Made by a program: the position numbers and the translations under genes. The notes beneath the pieces were generated by a model, which saw only the letters and a program-made list of their open reading frames with translations, was not told the DNA's origin and did not search any database. A DNA stretch of 63,910 nucleotides, counting the filler, from Collodictyon triciliatum (taxonomy: Eukaryota): the NCBI GenBank assembly GCA_043381765.1. It is 18 parts of 18 records of this genome, joined end to end, with 100 filler letters (N's around TTAATTAATTAA, not from the genome) between each part and the next. Parts side by side here need not be neighbours in the genome. Positions count along the whole stretch, not along the records: positions 40,249 to 43,801 come from JBHJMP010007148.1; positions 43,902 to 47,453 come from JBHJMP010007149.1; positions 47,554 to 51,105 come from JBHJMP010007150.1; positions 51,206 to 54,756 come from JBHJMP010007151.1; 14 more parts are not named here. One strand, written 5' to 3'. The first letter of the stretch is position 1, and the number at the start of each line of letters is the position of its first letter. Positions 40,401 through 51,781 of the stretch are shown here, piece by piece.

Positions 40401-43400
40401 ATGAGCATGAAAGAATACATTAAAATGGACGATCAACAAAGAACCTTAACTTGGTACAAAGATTATTTCAAAAGATACAACATTAAAAAGCCATTTAATG
40501 ATAATAGTTTAACGGGGTCTAAATTAAATTATACACTGGTATATCTTCAAGAGAAAAAACCATCTAGTAAAGAATTTTCTGACGCGAAAAATGATTTTCA
40601 TACTCTTTATTATTTAGCTAGACGAAAGGATCACTTTGAAAAAAAAGATTATAAACAATTAGAAACATTGTATGAAAGATTCGTGAATCAAAAACTGCCT
40701 CCAGAAGCTGATACTTTGGACAAAGAAAAACTGGAGGGAAGGACTGATTTATTATTACCATTATGGATGAGCCCGGACACAGACCTGGAATCAGAAATGG
40801 CATCAGAAATTGCATCACAAGCATCAGAACCGGTATTTGTACAACCTAAGAAATACAATGCAAAAGAACGTATTACTATTTCAAGAATGCTTGAAAATGC
40901 AGAAGAAGATCATCCGTCAATTCCAAGTTGGAATTATATATTAAATTTTTATGAAGACCCTCCAGAAGGTATGACTATAGAAGAAATGAATAAACGTTCA
41001 GCAGAAAAAGAATTACAAGACCGTAAAAAACAAATGTTAGAAAATGAAAAAATAGAGAAAGAATTGGAAGACCTTGTAGCAGAGCGAGATATAGAGGATG
41101 CTGAAAGTGTACAACCAGAAGCACAGCAAGAAGAAGATAAGGGACGATTGGATTCAACAATGGATGAGCTAAATGCGTATTTTGCACAATTTGACAAGGC
41201 AATAGAAAGCCCCGAAGGAGAGCAAACATTGCAAAAAATGGCAGACGAGATTAAACAAGAAATTGGAAATAAAAAAGAGTATTTGACAATAGGATACCTT
41301 CAGAAAAAAAATGCGCGTGGTCAGAGAGTAGCATCTAAAGTGTACACAGGTATGAATCTTTGTTTTAAAGAGTGGTATAAACACAGAGGGTTTAGTTATA
41401 AAGATAATGTTCCAAAAGATTTTGGTGAAGAAAAGGAATTTGAGTTTATGGATTACTTGGACAATGAATTTGACGAAGACGTGCGTTTATATCTTTATAG
41501 CTTTGCTGCCAACGAAGAACTAGATTATACAGAAGATGAAATTTTAGATTTGATATGTTGGAATGTTGCGTACTACAGATTTATTGCTTTGCTTGAAAAA
41601 GCAGTACAAACTAAACAAGAAGCAGATGAACGTGAAAAAAGAATTCTTGCACGAAATGCGGCACGAGAGATACAATTAAAAAAGATTGAAGAAGAAAAAC
41701 AAAGAAAAAGAGAGGAAGCTCTTAAAAATAAAAAACGGGCTGAAGAGGAAATGGCTGAAAAGATGAGAAAAGGACAAGAAATACAAAGACTACAACTTAA
41801 TAAAGAAATTTTGCAGGAATATCACAGAAGATATATACAAAATACGGACGAAACAATTGCCCAAGATAAGCAGGGGGAAGAAAAAGTTAATGATGCAATA
41901 ATTGCGTTATCAACACCAGCAGCGGTAATAAACGAGGAAGAACTATTTCGACAAATTACAAATTCTCTCAGCCAGGGAGAATTAATTGAATTTGGTAATA
42001 AATTAGCCAGAGATCTACAAGTATTTATCAGAGATTTTTTGACGCAAAACGCAAGTGAACAAACAGACCAAGGTGTTTTTAATTTTTATCAGTCATTGCC
42101 ATTAGAGCTACAAGAATACATTCGCAACGTAAGAGATTTTCAACAAAATTGTCAAAAAGTAATGCAAACTAGAGCAGAGGTTGTTAGGGCAGAAGATTTA
42201 GCACTAATCCCAGTTGTGGAACTAAATGAAGGTTATAAGGAATTAATAGAACGTGAAGAAAAAGATCTTGAAGCAATAATGAACGATTCACTTAATGCCA
42301 AGTTAAACGAATTTGATAATATGAATTTTAGTAATTTACTTGCACGGTCAATTGTTAGCATGATACAAACAAGTGGGCATATTTCTCGTGCGGCTTTATC
42401 ACAGTCCATGCGGAATTTGTTTACTACATTTGAGCGCTCACAATATTTTAATGAATCCAATTATGCTGCTAGGGCAAGGAGTTCATCTAACATATTATTT
42501 AGTCCTCAAGTCCTGGGAGCGGCATCACCAAACACTACATTTAACCCTGACCAAACAACCCAGAGTATGATATTAGATCCTGCACAGTCTTTTTTAAATC
42601 AAAGCCTACAACAGCTGAATCAATCAGGATCATTTACACAGGCACAGACCGCGTCTATGCTCAACGAATCTACGATAGATTTTGATCCTGATGCATCAAA
42701 TATGAGTGCAGGGTCAATTATAGCACAAAGCACGCCTACATTTACTCAGCGTTCTGGATTTGGTACAAAGAGTACAACTGATTTTAAGAGTCCATCACCA
42801 ATTAAACAATCTGCAAGAGAATTATTTGGTCCAAAAGAAACACCAAACAGGACTGCTGTTCCCGATACTAGCAAGAGTGTCAGTATTTCCAACATGACAC
42901 AAAAATTTGCAGATATGAGCAATGCGATGAATCAACTAAGAGAAGCAAATCAACAACTTAGATCAGAAAATGAAAAAACTAAGGCCAGAAACCAAAAATT
43001 ATCAATGAGTTCACTTGAAACAACAGGGGCCCAATTAAATGTTTTAGTAGAACAATTAGCTCAGCAATTAGAGCTTGTTCAAAATAAATTAGATCAGGCA
43101 TATGAAGTCATAGATACTTTAACTCTTGCTAATACTGAACAAAACCAATATATACAAGAACTTCAAGACACTGTTAACACTGCGTCTCAACTGGCAACTG
43201 GCTTGATGCAAGACAAAGATATTTATAAAAAGAGATTAGAGGACATGGGTGTGCAAATGGAAAATGAACGTGCCCGACATGAGGAACAACGTGCAGCACT
43301 AGCTAAAATTGTACCAGGAAACTTTACCACTGGATTTGATACAACAAACATTTCAGTTGCATCTTCAGTAACAAAGACACCAAAGACACCAGAAACACCA

Positions 43401-43801
43401 AAAACAAAAAAACCAAATCATTCTTTAAGCACAGCAGAGTTAGACAGGCGAAGAGATAATTTAAGAAGAGTTCAGGATAGTTATAAAGCTAAGAAACAAG
43501 CATTAAATGCAGAAATACAATTGTATAGAATTCGGGAATTAGAAAGTCAAGTACAAAATTTAATTTTGTTGCAAGACGCACCTGACACCAAAGATGTCGA
43601 AATAGAAGATCTTAAAGAACAGGTTAATGATTTAAATGCATTATTGAATCTTGAAAATCCGCTTGTTATTGAACAAGCTGAAACAATAGAAGATCTACGA
43701 AGATTTGCAGCCGATTTAAAAGCCCGAGGAGAACAACTTGCTGATACAGCTACTTTTTATTATAACGCTGCGTTTCCTGCAGTTCCCACAGATGAACCAG
43801 G
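40401..43801 (+). CDS. Large orphan acidic coiled-coil protein, single uninterrupted ORF >1130 aa (3' partial)
   Basis: Open from ATG 40401 to the contig end with no intron needed; E/K/Q-rich heptads; no domain recognised. Confidence 0.85.
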
Positions 43802-43901
43802 NNNNNNNNNNNNNNNNNNNNNNNNNNNNNNNNNNNNNNNNNNNNTTAATTAATTAANNNNNNNNNNNNNNNNNNNNNNNNNNNNNNNNNNNNNNNNNNN
43901 N

Positions 43902-44179
43902 CTTGCCTCAATAGCTTCCTTCGCCACCTGCACGTTCTCTACTACTCCGACCCCGTGAGAAGAGACATGTGGAAAGAAGCTGAGAAGGAGATTAAACCTC
44001 GCCTTGTATCTCTCATGCAAGCACAAGACTCTGGCTACAGGCCAAACCGCAGGATGCAATTCCTGAATACCGACTACTTCTCCGCCACCCGGCCACCAAG
44101 TATCGTCCACGAAAACGATGGCTAGCAAATCAAATCCAAAACCATCTGGCACAAATTGAAAGAAGAATAAAAAAAAAAA
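43902..44179 (+). mobile_element. Non-LTR retrotransposon 3' end, family A, copy 2
   Basis: Roughly 80% identical by eye to the reverse complement of 13650-13925. Encodes LNSFLRHLHVLYYSDPVRRDMWKEAEKEIKPRLVSLMQAQDSGYRPNRRMQFLNTDYF...NDG-TAG, then AATAAA/poly-A. Confidence 0.88.
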
Positions 44180-44980
44180 TCAATCTTGAAGAGCATCTTG
44201 TGGGCGGATTCTATTACTTTTTGAGCAAGAGAGTACTTCACAAATCTGTGTTCGATAGAGTCATCTCCACTATGGCACATGGTGCACTCTGGAGAGGTCG
44301 TTGCTGCATGGACTACACGCGCACTTATCCACAGCTCTCTGTTGGAGATATTGAGCAGGAGGGCGCGGTGTTTCGGGAGTAGCTGAGATGTGCGGGCTTG
44401 CTTCTAGCTTTTGACTAACAGCGTGTCTATAATGCCTATAGTTTCGACCCATCGACTCATTTTCCCCGATTTGTAAGCATTCGGACTGATGATTTCACAT
44501 TGAAAGAGCTTGTGCTCGAAAAAAAACGGTGGAATTGTATAGAAAAAACTGGGAATTATTCGTACGAGACTACAATGGAGGAGCACAAATAGTACTGTTG
44601 TCACTCCATTAAGGCAGAATTTTGAACGGAAGAATAAAAAAAAAAATCCTTATTCGATTCAAAGATTGAAAGGAAGCATAATAAAGATATGCACATGATT
44701 TGCTGGTTCTATCTAAACAATAGCGCACCTACTCAGACATCATAATCAATATTATTGTGTAATCCGGTATATACGGGCACGGATGCGTCATTATACCGAT
44801 TCTCATAAATAAATGTGATAAAAAGGTCTGAAATAGCGCAACTTCTGTCCTTTCAAAATAATATCTTTATTACAATAACGGCCATGATTCAATGCGATGT
44901 TTTCGAAAAAAAAATGTGAGGTTATACTCGAAGCCCAAACCCGCACAGAGAATAAAACTTACTGGTTAGACAATGGCCTA

Positions 44981-47369
44981 CTACATCGAACTATCCGATT
45001 CTTCACAGACATCGTTTGCATCTTGAATTGGGCGCATCGTACGTAAAGTCAAATTTTCTATGCTGGCAAATCGTTCCAGGATTTTTTCGGATGGAATACG
45101 AGGCGATGGGAAGGAGACCGGGCCAAGTCTTGGCTCTCCGGGTTTTAGGGCATCTAATCCTTTCATCGTGCCTGAGGTATGATGAATTCTATTCTGCCGC
45201 AAAGACGACTTTGTCCCAGGAGAAGGGAGGATGTGCGGGGACCGTGGTGTGAGATTTACCGTTCCGCCATTCAATTTACTAGGGTCAGATGACGAGCCAC
45301 TGTTTGAGGACTGCTTTGCAAGTGTCAAAGGTGCCAGGGAATCGATGAGTCCTTTGGCTTCAGCTCGAAGATAACTAGAATATTTTGCATTTCCAAACTG
45401 TGCTTTGGCCTTTTCTCGGATTCTCTGGTCATGAATTCTTTTCTGAACTTGGTCGCTCAGCTACACGTGGTATACTCTTAAATACAGAATGAAACTGGAT
45501 ATATATTTTTAAGAAAATAAGGTAACTGCAAATAAACACGAAATTGAAATAGAATCTGCTGAGTAGCTTTATACAAGACACAAGACATAAAGTCACCTCT
45601 ATATGTTTGCAACTATGTTTGTATGAATGTGTGAGACAAACTCTGTCTGGAGACCACTCTTCCGTTTTCTTCTTTTCCACTTCAATCTTCACCCGGCGTT
45701 CCAGAGACTTTATCCAGTTCTTGCGCAGCATGTCAAAGTTTCGCGGCGATAGAGCTCCAGTCGACCCCTACGAATTGTGATGTGACCCAACAACAATTAA
45801 GAATCCTATAAAAAAAAAAAAGGGATTTTTTTGAAACGAGCAACATATTATCAAATTACTTTCAGCCTCGAAAAATCGTCCTCGATCATAGGTCTGTATT
45901 TCTCCATCATCGATAATCTTAATAGACGCTCCTTTTCATGAAGCAACTGTGCTTCTGCCTGAAAATATGAGTATTATGATTGAACTTTTGGATGCGCTGG
46001 AAGTAAGTTATATTATTCAAATAAGAATATTGAAATTAAAGACGAATGATTGAACATGTGTATTTGTTTGCTTGTTCTGGAGAGGTATTTGCTAATTACT
46101 TTTCGAATTTCTCTTTTCTTTTGGAACAGTTTTTCCTCCTTTTCATAACTCGATCGTGATATATTTGCTCGTTGAGAAGAATCGCGAACGTTTAGGTTAA
46201 GTCTGAAGCGATAAATTTTTATATTTATTTTGGATATCATAAACCATGGCTCATGACTCAGGACATATACTCATACCATATCAAACCAAGGAGAGGAAAG
46301 GGGCAATCATTAAAGAAATAGTTTACTTTTTGTCAATTTTGGACAATTTCTTGGCTACATTTTCGAGATCTTTCTGTGCATAAATCAAGACTTGGTCATT
46401 TTCGTCATCGCCTACTATCTCCTCAACCTCTTTTGCGGGTATAAACTAGTGTTTTGGATTAATGTGTTCCCAAAAAATTAAAAGAGTTTGTATCAATAAT
46501 CAAAACATCTTGTATTGGAAAATTGTAAGGAATATATTACGTTAGATTTCTTCGAACTAATAAGCCATTTTTCGTACTGGTGATGTGATGTTGATGATAT
46601 ATTTGTATTAATCATGAATGATGGATGAACAAATCTTATGTTTACCAATCCAAAAAAAAAGTGTATAAACTAATTAGAGGCGAGATCAAAAATGTCACAA
46701 CGGTAATCTAGTGAAGCCTTGTGAGGCATTACAATGACAACCCATGTATGTACTTCACTGATTCGAATGAAATTATTTCATATTGAAGAGTCAACAAACA
46801 GATTCGGCCTTAAGAAACTCTTCGTAGAGCGTTAAGTCCGGGCGAGGTGGCTTCACATTGACAGGTTGCGACTTAATGAGAAAAAAATAATTGGAACGAA
46901 TATAAGATAAACTCATACACGCATTACAAACAGTCAATGATGATGTTGTCCATGTGTACCAAAGAAAGGAAATCAATCTTGTAAATATATTGAGAGGGGT
47001 CTATACGGTATCAAAGTTAAAAATCATGGAACATCGCTTTAATAGATACTGTTTCCTTTTGCTTGATTCAAAGAATACTCCCAATATATAGAGAAAGAGA
47101 GAGATGGAAGTCGAGGATCTTACAAATCTTCTTGAGCGGAAAGCTGAGGAGGGTTGTCCTGTCTGATCCTCTTTCGAGCCGACGTTGATAGAAGGCTTGT
47201 GTTGGTAACGATAAGTTCTTGTGCATTTCTGAAGTGCTAATACAACAGATTATCAAATAATAAGACGTTTCAAATCGACTATTACTATCACAATGTTTGC
47301 TGGCCGACCCGGAGGAAACAGTCTCGCTTCACAGTAGTCAGAAGATCCCTCCAGTGCGCTGATCATGTC
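44981..47369 (-). CDS. Multi-exon hypothetical coiled-coil/low-complexity protein (5' partial)
   Basis: GT-AG exons such as SQPVNVKPPRPDLTLYEEFLKAE and AEAQLLHEKERLLRLSMMEKY; final exon LSDQVQKRIHDQRIREKAK...DSSM-TAG. Confidence 0.6.
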
Positions 47370-47386
47370 CTGCATATTTTAACGTT

Positions 47387-47453
47387 TTTATGTGGGGGTT
47401 TTATGTGGGGGTTTTATGTGGGGGTTTTATGTGGGGGTTTTATGTGGGTTTTT
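47387..47453 (+). repeat. G-rich 13-mer repeat (TTTTATGTGGGGG)n
   Basis: Four G5 tracts plus one G3; next to a splice acceptor, so probably intronic. Confidence 0.85.
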
Positions 47454-47809
47454 NNNNNNNNNNNNNNNNNNNNNNNNNNNNNNNNNNNNNNNNNNNNTTA
47501 ATTAATTAANNNNNNNNNNNNNNNNNNNNNNNNNNNNNNNNNNNNNNNNNNNNTTGGTTTTTAATTGGTTTTTAATTGGTTTTTAATTGGTTTTTAATTG
47601 GTTTTTAATTGGTTTTTAATTGGTTTTTAATTGGTTTTTAATTGGTTTTTAATTGCTTTTAATTGCTTTTTTAATTTCTTTTTTAATTTCTTTTTTAATT
47701 TCTTTTTTAATTGGTTTTTAGTTGGTTTTTAATTGCTTTTTTAATTGCTTTTTTAATTGGTTTTTAATTGGTTTTAATCAGTGTTTATGGTGGGTTTTTT
47801 TTCACGAGC

Positions 47810-50800
47810 TTAGTGATTGGGCATGTTTTCGGTGTATAGATTGACAACTGCGTGTGGGAATAGATTATATGATCGGATTGTTCGGTGGCCCTCCATGAAA
47901 GCCCCGTGATATTGCAAGGTTTGGAGATGCGGGAATATCTTCAAAACAAAATATAGGTGGTCTTTCATAGTATCCACACGCTCGTCTGGGTGAATATGTA
48001 GAGTAAGGCGCTGTTCTCGAAAGTGCACAAATACCTCTATTTGTTTGGTTGGTGGTAAATAAGCTTTCACCACATAATTATCGATCGATTTTGCTGTGCA
48101 TCTAAATTCCTGAAGAAGCGTCCTCTCCAAGAATGATGCGTATAAGATTCGACTGGGTGTATTTTCCATGCTAGCTGGCTCATACATCGAAAACAGGGCA
48201 TTATCCGTGACAGTGTTGTCTCTCAGACGTTCGTCTTCATTTCCCTTAGAAAAGTCCAATAGCGCGCTGGATTCATCACTACTTTCGTCATCTGATGATA
48301 GTTGTATATCAGATACCAATTCGTTTGGGGTATCTCCAATATCACTATTCAAGCCATTTGATATTAACAGATGGTCAGCCTTGACGGCATTCTGTTTTGA
48401 GTTCTGCCCTTCGTCAACTACCACCAGCACATTTTCTGGAGGAACCCACTCATGGATTTGCTGGTGAGATTTATCATTTTCCTGGTGAAAATATGTTTGG
48501 GGATTGATGTCTACCCCTTTAAGCGTATTTCTTGCATCCTCTTCATGACCAAGCAGTCGACCAGTATCCTTACTTTCACCATGCGCTAAATGTAAGCTTT
48601 TGCTACTAAGCGCACTGCGTGACACGATGCTGAAATCTGATAACCTAGACCTTGAATTTTTGCTATCTTCTTCATCTCTGAATATGATGTGGCTTTTTTT
48701 GAAATATCTTTCATTTGGTATTATTTTTGAGCAGGTTGTGTATCCACCCATACTTTGACCATACCTCGAGTACGATTCTTGGTTGTGGTATGATGCTTGA
48801 AATTCGTTGTCACCATGAATGTCCAGAGAGTTTGGTAATTGCAGTGTTTCAGGTGATAGTTTATCCGATACAAGTATGGAGCTTGATGAGTCGCTTGACA
48901 TGGAAGATGATATGTGTGAAACGGTTGTACCAATACCTGTTTTTTCTCCTGCTTTTTTCAACAGTGGATTATGTCTATCAAGGTAAGAAAATGTTGTTGT
49001 AGCTGCCCTCATATTTTCTGTTGGAGGGTCGTTCTATGGAATCAACTTTCCACGTTTTGCAGTGGAAGATGTTTGCTGTCCATTAATTAGAGAAATCATA
49101 TGGACGAGTTCTTGAATTGTGGTTGTGAATGGATTCACTTCTATTGGCTGAAAGGTTACAGCCTCATTTGATTTGTGCGGATATGTATAAACTTTAAGGG
49201 TGATACGTCCAGGACCCGTGGGGTCTTTTGTTGCGTCCTCTAGTATAGGAAGAAATTCATTTGCAGATAAACGACTAGATGGAGAAGTTGCAAGGCACTG
49301 ATAAATAAAGGGAGCAATCGCTGGATATTCTTTCATAATATGATCGACCAGGAAGTCTTCTCGAAGGTCTTGAGATGTTTGGCCTATCTTTCTCAGAAAC
49401 ACCTAAAATAAAAATCTCGATTTAACTGCAGGGAACCGTGTTTGGAAATATTATAGGGGGAAACAAGAGCATGAAAAACAACTCATTCTGTGCTTACAAG
49501 ATTTCTTGGTATGTTGTGGTAAGGAAATGACCCGGTCAGTAAAGCCCATGCAATAACAGCAAACGAGTACATGTCTGCGCTTGGTGGCGGTGAAAGAAAT
49601 GGGGATGGAGACCTTGGGTGGCTACCAGAGAATCGAATGAAAGATGGGTCGATGTAGACAGGGTCATGAAAAAATGGAGAGTTTGCGCACGAACCAAAGA
49701 CTTTTTTTTCTGATGCAGCAGTCTCTGATTGCTGGAAACCGATAATATACCCGGATGAAGAACAAGGTCGTGGATGTGCTGCACGTAAGTCCAGCCCACT
49801 GATTTTGGCCGAATAGGTATCTGATACCATAACTACATCAGGAGTAAGATGCCCGTGCACTATATCCAATGAGTGCAGGTATTTCAGTCCCCGGCACACA
49901 TCAGCTAGAACACGGACTTTATCACAAGAGAGGAAAGGAGACAACCCAGGCATGTGAGTGATTGGCTTTCCTTCAATTAACTCTGCGAGAGTCATGGGGA
50001 AATATTGGTATAATGTTCCGATGGGGTCAACTGTGTAACCCAAGCATACCACTATATTTGGGTGCGCTATCGACCTCAAAACTAATGACTCTGCCGCAGT
50101 ATTTGCAAGAGTTTTTATGTGTTCTTCATGGCTTCCAATGTGTCTGCGCCTCCAATGAACCTATTTTTCATGTTTTGTCTTTAAAATAACATCTACAGAA
50201 GTAAGCGTGCGTGTATGTTCAAAAAAATTGAAAAGTATTGGTCCAGGTGCTTTTGTATACATCGGTACAGAATTAAAATAATGATACTGTATACTTAATA
50301 TGCAAAAGTGCAAGATATTGCAGTAAAAAGAGACGCTATTCCTTCAATACCTGTGAACCACCATAAACTGCACAAAGCAAGTGAATCGGCCCGTGTAGGT
50401 GCAGCGGGCAGACCAAGCTCAACTCTGAAACAGGTATCTGTCGATCAAAGGAGCTTGCGAGCCGATTCAACTTGCGTTGTGTTGGCTTGTGAGGCGGAGC
50501 CAGCCAAATGGCTGAGCTGGACGAGAGAAGCTGCGCTCCACACCAAGGGCAGTCACCATGCGCTGCTGCGTGCTGAGAAAGACATATCCTACAAGCCACT
50601 TGCCCGCAGCAAAGCTCAACTGCATCAATAAGAAGACGCCCGCAACAACTGCAAACTCCGTTCTTGATTCCTTCCTCCAATAGAAAGATTGGCAGTCCCT
50701 TCTTCTTCAATATCTTGGCTTTTCTTTGTCTGACAGAGGCCCTCGTGTGGGTGCGGATCATGAGTTGATGGTATCGCTCGTGTCCGGTCTGTGCCGCGTC

Positions 50801-50860
50801 CATCCTGACGTATGTTTTGGCCGCGTTTACTCGTTTGTCGACAAACTTTTCTTTGAGCAA
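47810..50860 (-). CDS. RING finger - TKL-like pseudokinase - ubiquitin-like domain protein
   Basis: RING CSCC..DAVELCCGQVACRIC..CPWC; kinase fold HPNIV, DVCRGLKYLH, HGHLTPDVV, KISGL, ADMYSFAVIAWALLTG; C-terminal UBL IEVFVHF..LTLHIHPDERVDTMK..QTLQYHG..MEGHRTIRSYNL. Confidence 0.8.
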
Positions 50861-51781
50861 TCCGTGACAGCTTTATGGAGCAAGTAGGATTTGCAACGGA
50901 TTGAGATTCGCAGATGAATCTGCTTTTTCATGATCCGGGCACAACAAACATAGACGGGCAAGTCCTTGGCGATCGGATCGTTTAATCAGTTATTTGTGTT
51001 CTCTTTTTTTTATTGTTTTTTATTGTTTTTTATTGTTTTTTATTGTTTTTTATTGTTTTTTATTGTTTTTTATTGTTTTTTATTGTTTTTTATTGTTTTT
51101 TATTGNNNNNNNNNNNNNNNNNNNNNNNNNNNNNNNNNNNNNNNNNNNNTTAATTAATTAANNNNNNNNNNNNNNNNNNNNNNNNNNNNNNNNNNNNNNN
51201 NNNNNTTTCTCTCTTTTCTCTCTTTTCTCTCTTTTCTCTCTTTTCTCTCTTTTCTCTCTTTTCTCTCTTTTCTCTCTTTTCTCTCTTTTCTCTCTTTTCT
51301 CTCTATTCTCTCTTTTCTCTTTTTCTCTTTTTCTCTTTTTCTCTTTTTCTCTTTTTCTCTTTTTCTAGCTATTTGTCAAGCGAATGGGGTAAGTGGGGGA
51401 AATTGTTTGAAATTCTCCCATCAAAAAGGATCACTTGCCTATTCATATCAGCTTGAATGTAAAAGCTCCCACGTTTTCACATTTTCTCTCTTTTTCGCAA
51501 CACCAACAGCCCGTTTGCTCTACCAAAGCAGAGATGTTGCCCACATTCTTGCGAAATTAAGAGTGAGCCATAAAAAGCTTAAAAGTTATCCAGCCATCCC
51601 CCGCTTGTATTTGCCTGTCTAAGTTCTTTTTTTTTTATTATTATTATTTTTATTAGTTGCCACTGTTGTTGGTTGGTTATAAGGTATAGACCCTTGGCTT
51701 CTTACTTTTCCTTCAAATCCTTTCTGCCTAACTTTTCTTATAGTTCTCGTTCTTCTTTTCTACTTGGATCAATCAAGACAT

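Noticed and set aside
47387..47453. G-rich repeat at a contig end as a telomere
   Set aside because: Only about 5 units, directly next to a splice acceptor of the minus-strand gene; most likely an intronic minisatellite, though G-quadruplex-capable.
50155..50195. Stop-codon reassignment suggested by in-frame TAGs (here, 49034 and about 45462)
   Set aside because: Each TAG doubles as a splice acceptor; conserved exons of IFT88, SLC6 and RPB3 have no in-frame stops, and TAG, TAA and TGA all end genes.
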